Origin: Prosthecobacter sp.
Lineage (GTDB): Bacteria > Verrucomicrobiota > Verrucomicrobiia > Verrucomicrobiales > Verrucomicrobiaceae
Direction of reading: 5' to 3'
Assembly (NCBI RefSeq): GCF_029946185.1
Contig: NZ_JAQSEA010000306.1
Span: forward strand, 11,044-75,043
DNA: 64,000 bases
The translations under genes were made by a program, and so were the position numbers. The first letter of the stretch is position 1. The number at the start of each line of letters is the position of its first letter. This document shows, one piece after another, positions 1 to 8,098 of the stretch. A model generated the notes under the pieces. That model was not told the origin of the DNA. It saw only the letters and a program-made list of their open reading frames with translations, and searched no databases.

Positions 1-1
1 C

Positions 2-871
2 AGCGATGAAGCAGGCACACACCGGCGCGTCATCGCGGTCTCACGCTTCAGTTCACCCGGTGCCGCAGAGGAGTTCATGCGGCATGACATTGATGTCATC
101 GCCAGCGATCTGCTGTCCGCCAACGCCGTCGCCTACCTGCCGCATGCGCCAAATGTCATCTATATGGCCGGCATGAAATTCGGCGCCACGGGCCAGGAAT
201 CCATGACATGGGCCATGAACGCATGGCTGCCCGGCCTCGTGTGCGAGCGCTACCACCGCAGCCGTATCACCGCCTTTTCCACCGGCAATGTCTATGGCCT
301 GACACCCGTGGAACGCGGCGGCAGTCATGAGGAGGACGCGCTCAATCCCGCCGGTGAATACGCCATGAGCTGCCTCGGCCGAGAGCGCATCTTCGAGCAC
401 TTCAGCCAGACCCGCGGCACCCCAGTTTCTCTCCTGCGCCTGAACTACGCCTGCGACCTCCGCTATGGCGTCATGGTCGATATCGCACGCCAGGTCTGGA
501 ACAACGAACCGGTCGATGTGACCATGGGCTACTTCAACACCATCTGGCAGGGAGATGCGAACGCACTCTCCCTCCTCAGCCTCGCCAAAGCGCAAAGTCC
601 TCCATGGGTCGTCAACCTCACCGGCACCGCCACCCTCAGGGTCCGCGAAGTGGCCCAACGCTTCGGCGAACTCTTCGGTAAGCCCGTCCAGATCACCGGC
701 AAGGAAGCCCCCGACGCGCTGCTCAGTAATCCCTACCGCAGCTTTGTCGATCTCGGCGTCCCCTTCATCCGCGACGAAGAACTCACCGAATGGGTTGCCA
801 ACTGGATCTCCACGGGCGGGGAATCCCTCGGCAAACCCACCCACTTCGAGTCCCGTGACGGAAAATTTTAA
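2..871 (+). CDS. NAD-dependent epimerase/dehydratase (extended SDR) family protein; 5' end lies outside the window
   Basis: The frame is open from nt 2 to the TAA at 869-871. Track ORF 77..871 is only the part after the first Met. Extended-SDR patterns are present: 'AFSTGNVYG', 'NPAGEYAMSCLGRE' at the YxxxK position, and 'LLRLNYA'. Confidence 0.75.
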   Translation, partial: SDEAGTHRRVIAVSRFSSPGAAEEFMRHDIDVIASDLLSANAVAYLPHAPNVIYMAGMKFGATGQESMTWAMNAWLPGLVCERYHRSRITAFSTGNVYGLTPVERGGSHEEDALNPAGEYAMSCLGRERIFEHFSQTRGTPVSLLRLNYACDLRYGVMVDIARQVWNNEPVDVTMGYFNTIWQGDANALSLLSLAKAQSPPWVVNLTGTATLRVREVAQRFGELFGKPVQITGKEAPDALLSNPYRSFVDLGVPFIRDEELTEWVANWISTGGESLGKPTHFESRDGKF

Positions 872-1273
872 TGCATCGTTGAGAGCCTAAAAAGCGCCTT
901 GAAGCAGCGGCGAATATGCCAGGACCAGTTCACGCTGGACATGGAAGGGCGTCAAGGCAGTTCAAAAAATCGCCCAGGAGTTCGACGCGCAGGTCAGCGA
1001 CTGGAAGAAGAGCTCAGCACGCTGGCAGGCAGTGTGAGCAGGAGGACTTCAGGCGGGAGCGCACCGGCCTGCACTCCAAGAGCGTCGAACTCATCGAACC
1101 TCGACACCCGCGCTAGGAAGGAGAACGACATGTGAATTGCTGAGTGAGTCCCATTACCTACAGCTTCCTTCGCCAACCCGCCCGCCTCTCCAAGCCCCCC
1201 CTGCCATCTCTCCACGCTGAAACGCCTCCCCGTTTGCAAAACGGCGGCTTTCCCCCATCTTGCCTGCCCTTTT

Positions 1274-3982
1274 ATGCCCGAACTCGACAAGACCTATTCA
1301 CCTGCGGAAGTCGAAGCCCGCTGGTATCAGCGCTGGCTGGACGACAAATGTTTTGAAGCCGACCCCGCTCGTGTGAGCGAGACCCGCCCGGCCTACTCCA
1401 TCGTCATACCCCCGCCAAACGTCACCGGCATCCTCACGCTCGGCCACGTCCTGAACAACACCATCCAGGACATCCTCGCCCGCCGCGCCCGCATGCTCGG
1501 GAAAGAAGTCCTCTGGCTCCCCGGCACCGACCACGCGGGCATCGCCACCCAGAACGTCGTCGAAAAGACCCTCAAAAAACAAGGCGTCATCAAGCACCGC
1601 GACGACCTCGGCCGCGAAGCCCTCGTTGCCAAAATCTGGGAGTGGAAAGAAAAGCACGGCGGCATCATCATCGAGCAGCTCAAAAAACTCGGCGCCTCCT
1701 GCGACTGGAGCCGCGAGCGCTTCACCTTTGATCCCGACTACAACGCCTGCGTCATGCGCGTGTTCGTCGATCTCTACAAAAAAGGCCTCATCTACCGTGG
1801 CAAGCGCATGGTGAACTGGTGCCCCTCCTCCCTCACCGCGCTTAGCGATGAAGAGGTCGTCATGAAGCCGCAGAACGCCATCATGTACCACTTCAAAGTC
1901 GAAGTGGTCGAAGCACCCGGCACCTGGCTCACCATCGCTACCACCCGCCCCGAAGTCATCCCTGGCGACACCGCCATCGCCGTGAATCCCAAGGACGAGC
2001 GCTACACCCATCTCATCGGCAAGCACGTCCGCCGCCCGCTGCCCCTCGAAAATCAAGCGCCACTCCAAATCATCAGCGACGAACACGTCGATTTCACCTT
2101 CGGCACCGGCGTCCTCAAAGTCACTCCCGCCCATGACAAAGCCGACTTCGAAATCGGCCAGCGCCACAAGCTTCCCGTCATCGACGTCATGCACCCCAAC
2201 GGCGTGCTCAACGACCTCGCCGGCAAAGACCTCGCCGGCATGGAACGCTTCGCCGCACGCAAACGCGCCGCCGAACTCCTCACCGAAATCGGCAGCCTCG
2301 TCAAAGAAGAGCCCTATCAAAACAACCTCGGCTACTCCGAGCGCGCCGACGTCCCCATCGAAAGCCGCCTCAGCGAACAGTGGTTCCTCAAATACCCAAG
2401 CGTCAAAGAATCCCAGGAAGTCGTCGCCAATGGCGAAATGAAATTCCACCCCGACCGCTGGGCCAAAACCTACGACCACTGGATGACCGGCCTCCAAGAC
2501 TGGTGCATCAGCCGCCAAGTCTGGTGGGGTCATCGCATCCCCGTCTGGTACAAAAAAGGCTCCGATAGATCCGCCTTAGCCGAAGGCTCCGTTTACTGCG
2601 GCACCGAAGCACCCGCCGACGCTGAAAACTGGGAGCAAGACCCCGACGTCCTCGACACCTGGTTCTCCTCCTGGCTCTGGCCCTTCGCCACCATGGGCTG
2701 GACCGGCAACAAAGAGCAGGATTCCACCAATCCAACCCTCCGCGCCTTTTACCCCACCACCGATCTCGTCACCGGCCCAGACATCATCTTCTTCTGGGTC
2801 GCCCGCATGATCATGGCCGGCTACGAATGGATGGGCGAGCTGCCCTTCAAGAACGTCTACTTCACCGGCATCATCCGCGACAAACAAGGTCGCAAAATGT
2901 CCAAGTCCCTCGGCAATTCCCCCGATCCCTTGGAGCTCATCGCCAGCTACAGCGCCGATGCCCTCCGCTTCGGCATCATGCGCAGCGCCCCGCTGGGCCA
3001 GGACATCGCCTTCGACGAAAAGAACGTCGAACTCGGCCGCAACTTCTGCACCAAGCTCTGGAACGCCGCCCGCTTCCGCCAGATGCAGGGCGGCATCACC
3101 GAGACCGAGATTAGCGCCGAGCTTCTCAGCAGCGATGACAAATGGATCCTCCTGCGCCTCAACACCGCCATCGCCGAAGTCACCACCGCACTCGAAGACT
3201 ACCGCTTCAGCGATGCCACCGCCACCCTCTACCGCTTCTTCTGGAGCGAGTACTGCGACTGGTACATCGAGGCCTCCAAAGCCACCCTCCAAGGCACCGA
3301 CGACAAGCGCAAAGCCAACACCCTCGCCGTCATCGACTTCGTCCTCAGCCACACCCTCCGCCTCTTCCATCCCTTCATGCCCTTCATCACCGAAGAGCTC
3401 TGGCACGGCATGGGTTTCAACACCGATCTTCCCGAAGATCAGGGCGGCAAAACCATCATGGTTGCCAAGTGGCCCAAGCCCCTCGATGCCGACGAACTCG
3501 CCTACTTCGGCATCCTCCCCGAAGACGAAAAAACCGCGAACGACAAATACGAAGCCGTCAATCTCGGTCGTGGCCTCAAGAGCACCTTCAATATCAACAA
3601 GCGTGTCCGCTTCGTCCTCAAGCCCTCACAGGAACTCCCCCCCCACGAGATCGAAGTCCTCCGCATCCTCCTCAACGCCGAACCCCTCGACGTCGATGCC
3701 ACCTTCGCGCCCACTCAAGGCACCCCCAGCGCCCTCACCCCGCTAGGCACCCTCTTCCTCCCCCTCGATGGCCTCATCGATGTCGAAGCCGAGCGCGCCC
3801 GCATCGGCAAAGAAGTCGCCAAAGTCGAATCCGAGCTGGAGAAAGTCGTCGCCAAGCTCGCCGACGAAAAGTTCACCTCCAAAGTCCCGCAAAAAGTCCT
3901 CGACGAGCACAATCAGCGCAAAACCGACTGGCAGGAAAAACTCGCCAAGCTCAAAGAAATGATGTCCGCCCTCGTACAGTAG
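1274..3982 (+). CDS. valS: valine--tRNA ligase
   Basis: 902-aa ORF with an ATG start. Class-I aaRS signatures are 'PPPNVTGILTLGHVLN' (HIGH region) and 'KMSKSLGN' (KMSKS). It has a long editing insertion and a C-terminal coiled coil typical of ValRS. Confidence 0.97.
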   Translation: MPELDKTYSPAEVEARWYQRWLDDKCFEADPARVSETRPAYSIVIPPPNVTGILTLGHVLNNTIQDILARRARMLGKEVLWLPGTDHAGIATQNVVEKTLKKQGVIKHRDDLGREALVAKIWEWKEKHGGIIIEQLKKLGASCDWSRERFTFDPDYNACVMRVFVDLYKKGLIYRGKRMVNWCPSSLTALSDEEVVMKPQNAIMYHFKVEVVEAPGTWLTIATTRPEVIPGDTAIAVNPKDERYTHLIGKHVRRPLPLENQAPLQIISDEHVDFTFGTGVLKVTPAHDKADFEIGQRHKLPVIDVMHPNGVLNDLAGKDLAGMERFAARKRAAELLTEIGSLVKEEPYQNNLGYSERADVPIESRLSEQWFLKYPSVKESQEVVANGEMKFHPDRWAKTYDHWMTGLQDWCISRQVWWGHRIPVWYKKGSDRSALAEGSVYCGTEAPADAENWEQDPDVLDTWFSSWLWPFATMGWTGNKEQDSTNPTLRAFYPTTDLVTGPDIIFFWVARMIMAGYEWMGELPFKNVYFTGIIRDKQGRKMSKSLGNSPDPLELIASYSADALRFGIMRSAPLGQDIAFDEKNVELGRNFCTKLWNAARFRQMQGGITETEISAELLSSDDKWILLRLNTAIAEVTTALEDYRFSDATATLYRFFWSEYCDWYIEASKATLQGTDDKRKANTLAVIDFVLSHTLRLFHPFMPFITEELWHGMGFNTDLPEDQGGKTIMVAKWPKPLDADELAYFGILPEDEKTANDKYEAVNLGRGLKSTFNINKRVRFVLKPSQELPPHEIEVLRILLNAEPLDVDATFAPTQGTPSALTPLGTLFLPLDGLIDVEAERARIGKEVAKVESELEKVVAKLADEKFTSKVPQKVLDEHNQRKTDWQEKLAKLKEMMSALVQ

Positions 3983-4202
3983 CCATCTCGCTCCCGTGAG
4001 ATCGGCTCAAAGCGCGCCTACCCGCCCAGCCCCCACGAATCTCCCACCAGCATTCGTGCCCGGCTCTTGGAACCGCGTAGTAACTCCGCAAGCAATCAGT
4101 CATCAATTCACGTCATACGGCGGTTAAATTTAAGGCTTGTCGCCAAAACCAGAGCATGGTCATTCTCTGGCCATTCCCAGCCTGAACGAAACAAACACAC
4201 AC

Positions 4203-4610
4203 ATGCTCAAGCTCCTCAAACTCTCCTTCCTGCCGAAGTCTCATGACCTCGGTCTCTTCATCTTCCGCGTCTCCGTAGGCCTCTCCATGCTGCTGCTGCA
4301 CGGCCGCGTCAAGATGCTGAACTTTTCCTCCATGGTGGAAAAATTCCCGTCCTTCTTCGGACTTCCTTCCAACGTAAATCTTGGTTTGGCCGTCTTCGCA
4401 GAGCTCTTCTGCTCTGCATTGTTGATCATTGGCCTCTTCACCCGTCTTGCGGCACTCATGCTGGCCTTCACCATGGGCACCGCATTTTACATGGTGCACA
4501 AAATGGCGCTCACCGGAGCGCAAAGCGGAGAGCTTGCCATGGTTTACCTTTTCGCCTACGTGACGCTACTTTTCACCGGCGCAGGCAAGTTCTCCGCAGA
4601 CCGAGCTTAA
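4203..4610 (+). CDS. DoxX family membrane protein
   Basis: Track ORF is 4137..4610. I prefer the in-frame ATG at 4203 ('MLKLLKLSFLPK'). There are four hydrophobic helices. The patterns 'GLFIFRVSVGLSMLLLHG' and 'LLIIGLFTRLAALMLAF' resemble DoxX/DoxD-like proteins. Confidence 0.7.
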   Translation: MLKLLKLSFLPKSHDLGLFIFRVSVGLSMLLLHGRVKMLNFSSMVEKFPSFFGLPSNVNLGLAVFAELFCSALLIIGLFTRLAALMLAFTMGTAFYMVHKMALTGAQSGELAMVYLFAYVTLLFTGAGKFSADRA

Positions 4611-4634
4611 GCACCTTTTGAATCACCCTGGTCA

Positions 4635-4665
4635 GGCGGCATACGCTGCCGGCCTTTTTGTTTTG
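4635..4665 (+). terminator. putative intrinsic terminator after the DoxX gene
   Basis: Stem-loop CGGCA-tacgc-TGCCG (4637-4651), extendable with one mismatch. It is followed by GCCTTTTTGTTTT and starts about 25 nt after the DoxX stop. Confidence 0.4.
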
Positions 4666-4835
4666 CGATGCGCGGTGTCAGTCCCTCAGGCCTGACACCT
4701 TGTGTCGCCACACCAGGGTAAAATCCCCACTCCGCGAACAAGATCCCTTAATGAGTGCCACATGCCTGACGCACAGGGAAGGAGCAACTGCTGCAAAGAA
4801 ATGCGTTCTGTGCGGCCAGTTGTGCCCGCATGACT

Positions 4836-5633
4836 TTACTGAGTGGCGAACTTGGTGAGGAGTCCACGTTTACGGGTGAGGTTAAGGACCCAGACGAAGA
4901 GCCAGCCGGCGAGAGCTAGGTAGAGAATGTTCAGTCCAGCTGCGTAGCCGAGGTAATCCCAGTTCATGGTACCGGATTTCATGACGGAACGCATGCCTTC
5001 AAAAATGTAGGTGGGTGGGAAACACCAGGCGATGGGACGAGCCCAAGCAGGCATGTCTTCAACCCGGTAAAACACGGCGACGACAGGCTGGAAGAAGAAG
5101 GGAATGGCCCAGGCGAGGGATTCGGCGGCGAGGCCCCAGCGCAGGATCAGGGCCGTGGAGATCATGCCGAGGGACCAGCCAAAGAGCATGAGGTTCAGAA
5201 AGAAGGGAATGAGCCACCAGCTGAGCTGGAAGATATTGAAGGCATATCCGAACCAAGAGATGAAGCTGAGCACGACGGCGGTGATGAGGATGCGCAGCAT
5301 GCCGACGATGAAGGTGGCGCTGATGTACTCCGAAGAACGAACGGGAGCGACGAAGATGTTGAGGAGGTTTCGCGTCCACACGTCTTCAAGGAAGGAAATG
5401 GCGACGCCCTGCTGGGCACGGAACATGATGTCCCAAAGGATCATGCCACCGAGGAAGAAGAGGACGTAGCTGCCGAATTCGGGGGTGGTGTTCTTCTGGA
5501 TGAAGACGGTGACGTTGCCCCACACGACGAGGTCCACCACCGGCCAGAAAGCCAGTTCGACGAGGCGCATGGGGCTGCGAGCATAGAGAAACAGGTAGCG
5601 CATCACGAGGGCGCTGATGATGCGGAAATTCAT
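4836..5633 (-). CDS. ABC-2 type transporter permease
   Basis: 265-aa polytopic membrane protein with about 6 TM helices and an ABC-2/NodJ-YadH-like layout. Its start overlaps the stop of the upstream ATPase gene by 4 nt. Confidence 0.85.
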   Translation of the reverse strand: MNFRIISALVMRYLFLYARSPMRLVELAFWPVVDLVVWGNVTVFIQKNTTPEFGSYVLFFLGGMILWDIMFRAQQGVAISFLEDVWTRNLLNIFVAPVRSSEYISATFIVGMLRILITAVVLSFISWFGYAFNIFQLSWWLIPFFLNLMLFGWSLGMISTALILRWGLAAESLAWAIPFFFQPVVAVFYRVEDMPAWARPIAWCFPPTYIFEGMRSVMKSGTMNWDYLGYAAGLNILYLALAGWLFVWVLNLTRKRGLLTKFATQ

Positions 5634-6415
5634 ACGGCTGACTCTTTTTTAGGTTCGTCGAGGAGTTCGCCGTCGCGGGCGATCTTGATGAAGACATCCT
5701 CAAGGTTGTCGCTGCTGGATTGGGCGACGATGTCTGCCGGGGTGCCTTGGCAGACGATCTTGCCTTTGTGGAGGAAGATGACGCGGTCGCAGACTTCCTC
5801 GATGTCGCGCATGTTGTGGGAGGTGTAGAGAATGGCGACGTTGCGCTCGCGCTGGACCTTGCGCACGACTTTGCGGACCTTGTCGGCGATGTCGGGGTCT
5901 AGGCTGGCGGTGGGCTCGTCGAGCATCAGCAACTCGGGGTCATTGAGGAAGGCTTTGACGAGATTGACGCGGGTGGACTCGCCTGCGGAGAGCTGGCCGG
6001 TAACGCTTTTGCTGAGGTGGGAGATCTCGAGCATCTCCATGAGCTCGGCGATTTTTTTCTTGGGATTCGGAACGCCGTAGATGCGAGCGAAGACGAGGAG
6101 GTTTTGCCAAACGAGGAGATTGCCGGGCAGGGCGGTATAGGCGGAGGAGAAATTCGCGCGCTGGAGGATTTTGATGCGGTTCGCCTGCAAGGGGAGGCCG
6201 AAGGCGTTGAGCTCTCCAGAGGTCGGCAGGGTGAGACCGAGGAGGCAGTTCATGGCGGTGGTCTTGCCTGCACCGTTGGCACCGAGGAGACCGAGCACTT
6301 CGCCGCGGTGGAGTTTGAAGCTGAAACGGTCGAGGGCCTTCACTCCATCGAACTCACGGGTGAGATCGATTGCTTCGAGGATGACTTCGCGGGTGTCTAG
6401 GGGTTCGGCGGACAT
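5630..6415 (-). CDS. ABC transporter ATP-binding protein
   Basis: Walker A 'GANGAGKTT', ABC signature 'LSAGESTR', Walker B 'LLMLDEPTASLD', H-loop 'YTSHNM'. Translationally coupled to the permease. Confidence 0.92.
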   Translation of the reverse strand: MSAEPLDTREVILEAIDLTREFDGVKALDRFSFKLHRGEVLGLLGANGAGKTTAMNCLLGLTLPTSGELNAFGLPLQANRIKILQRANFSSAYTALPGNLLVWQNLLVFARIYGVPNPKKKIAELMEMLEISHLSKSVTGQLSAGESTRVNLVKAFLNDPELLMLDEPTASLDPDIADKVRKVVRKVQRERNVAILYTSHNMRDIEEVCDRVIFLHKGKIVCQGTPADIVAQSSSDNLEDVFIKIARDGELLDEPKKESAV

Positions 6416-6421
6416 GCGCTG

Positions 6422-7180
6422 TTAGAGATAGTCCTCGATGGGCAGTTTGCCGTTCGTGGCGCAGATGAACATGGTGCCGGGCTTGGTGGTGCTGGGCTTG
6501 AGGGTGACTTTGCCGCCGCCCATTTCGACCATGAGCTGACCGGCAGCGATGTCCCAGAGGCTGATTTGCTCCTCCACATAGGCGTCGAGACGGCCGGTGG
6601 CGATGTAGGCCATGGCGAGGGCGGCGCTGCCAAGCATGCGGGTCTTGCGGACTTCGTAGGCGATGCGCTTGTAGCGATCAAAACCGAGGTCGAGTGCTTC
6701 CTTGCTCTTCGAGAAGCCGACGGTGACGACGGCTTCGGACATCTTTGCGCGGGTGCTGACGGCGATCGCTTTGCCGTTGAGGTGGGTCTTTTCGCCACGG
6801 ATGACTGTCCAAGTTTCGTTCTGCATGGGATCAAAGATAACGCCGATGAGGAGTTCTTTGGATTCGCGTTTGCGGGCGGCGATGGAGACGCAGAAGTGCG
6901 GGATGCTGAAGAAGTAATTTACAGTGCCGTCGATGGGATCAACGATCCATTCGACGTCGCCATTGCCGCCAGTTTCGCCGCCTTCCTCGCCGAGGATCGC
7001 GTGATCAGGGAAGCGGGCGAGGATCATGTCGGTGATGAGCTGCTGGCTGCGGACATCGAGCTCGAGCTTGATGTCGTGGCGCTGCATTTCGTTGACGGTG
7101 AGATCGGAGCCGAAGTTTTCTTTGATCATTTTGCCGGCGGCGTGCGCGGCTTCGATGGCGGTGGCGAGGAGTTGTTTCAC
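6422..7180 (-). CDS. inositol monophosphatase family protein (SuhB-like)
   Basis: IMPase motifs 'LGEEGG', 'WIVDPIDGTVNY' and 'WDIAAG'. The start is GTG at 7180, overlapping the coaB stop (GTGA). Confidence 0.88.
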   Translation of the reverse strand: MKQLLATAIEAAHAAGKMIKENFGSDLTVNEMQRHDIKLELDVRSQQLITDMILARFPDHAILGEEGGETGGNGDVEWIVDPIDGTVNYFFSIPHFCVSIAARKRESKELLIGVIFDPMQNETWTVIRGEKTHLNGKAIAVSTRAKMSEAVVTVGFSKSKEALDLGFDRYKRIAYEVRKTRMLGSAALAMAYIATGRLDAYVEEQISLWDIAAGQLMVEMGGGKVTLKPSTTKPGTMFICATNGKLPIEDYL

Positions 7181-7827
7181 TTCGGAGATTTTAGGGATGA
7201 GAGTCGGGAGATGTGCGCGATCAACTCACGCGCGAGGGTGGTTTTCGACTGCCTGGGGAGGGGAATCGTTTGACCACCGGGGAGGCAAAGGGTGACTTCG
7301 TTTTCTGCACTGTCAAACCCGATACCCGGCTGAGATACGTCGTTCGCGATGATGAGGTCGCAGCCTTTACGCGAGAGCTTGTCCTGGGCGTGGGCGATGA
7401 GGTTCTCGGTTTCTGCGGCAAAGCCGACGAGGAAGCCGGTGAAGGCGAAGTGGGAGCGGACGGAACCGAGGATGTCTTCGGTGCGCTCGAGTTCGAGGGT
7501 GAGGGTGGTGGCGGACTTTTTGATCTTTTGCGATGCGGTGTGGGCGGGGCGGTAGTCGGCGACGGCGGCGCTGAAGATGGCGGCGGTGCAGCCTGGGAGA
7601 TGGATACGGACGGCGTCGAACATTTCGCGGGCGGTTTCCACGCGGATGAGTTCCACGTTTGCTGGTGGCAGGATGCTGACGGGGCCGGAGATGAGCAGGA
7701 CTTCGTGGCCAGCTTTGGAGGCGGCTTCAGCCAGCGCGTAGCCCATGCGGCCGGAGGAGCGGTTTGACAGGAACCGTACCGGATCAATCGGCTCTCGCGT
7801 GGGACCGGCGGTGATGAGGAGGCGCAT
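7177..7827 (-). CDS. coaB: phosphopantothenate--cysteine ligase (stand-alone CoaB domain)
   Basis: 'MRLLITAGPTREPIDPVRFLSNRSSGRMG' is the canonical CoaB N-terminus. Track ORF extends to GTG 7848; ATG 7827 is preferred. No CoaC flavoprotein domain is fused. Confidence 0.85.
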   Translation of the reverse strand: MRLLITAGPTREPIDPVRFLSNRSSGRMGYALAEAASKAGHEVLLISGPVSILPPANVELIRVETAREMFDAVRIHLPGCTAAIFSAAVADYRPAHTASQKIKKSATTLTLELERTEDILGSVRSHFAFTGFLVGFAAETENLIAHAQDKLSRKGCDLIIANDVSQPGIGFDSAENEVTLCLPGGQTIPLPRQSKTTLARELIAHISRLSSLKSPK

Positions 7828-8098
7828 GGGTGAATTTTCGGGGGACACTGATTTTACACCGCAGAGTTCGGAACGCCGCAGAGATTTTCCCGAAGGTGTT
7901 TCTTTCAGGGCTTACGCATGAAGTGGCGGATGGGCGTGCGGCGGCCTGAGTGAAAGGAAAGAAGGGACTGAAAGGACGTGGTATTGCGTGATGGTTGGAT
8001 GTTTTGGCGCTGATAATGCGTCAATCCTTACCAACCAAAGGCGGGACGCCTCGATGAGACGCTTTCTCAGAGCACTTCTGGCCGAAGGACTATCCTCC

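Noticed and set aside
899-1135. Track ORFs 899..1135 and 916..1116 (+) and 994..1290 (-) as intact small genes.
   Set aside because: They overlap one another, some have non-ATG starts, and their composition is Arg/Ser/Gly-rich. The region is better explained as non-coding or as a frameshifted remnant (see the finding at 872-1273).
1230-1244. CCGTTT-gca-AAACGG hairpin followed by CGGCTTTCCCCC, about 30 nt before the valS ATG. I considered it as an attenuator or T-box-like leader.
   Set aside because: It is only a 6-bp stem. I saw no specifier or antiterminator architecture, and T-box leaders are not expected in this lineage.
1298-2533. 411-aa minus-strand ORF inside valS. Similar long antisense ORFs lie at 7988-9376, 10946-12001, 13016-14389, 19408-21024, 23788-25512, 25657-27030, 33299-34186 and 43499-45610.
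   Set aside because: Each lies entirely antisense to a gene with strong family motifs. Their translations are low-complexity Ala/Gly/Arg/Asp/Val-rich strings with no recognisable motifs. Such shadow ORFs are expected in GC3-rich DNA.
4658-4858. 66-aa ORF in the convergent spacer between the DoxX gene and the ABC permease gene.
   Set aside because: It has a TTG start located inside the terminator U-tract, no motifs, and runs into the 3' end of the permease gene on the other strand.
7177-7827. Stand-alone CoaB without the CoaC domain, considered as an anomaly.
   Set aside because: Split coaB/coaC genes are known in several bacterial lineages. coaC is probably elsewhere in the genome, so this is not unusual on its own.
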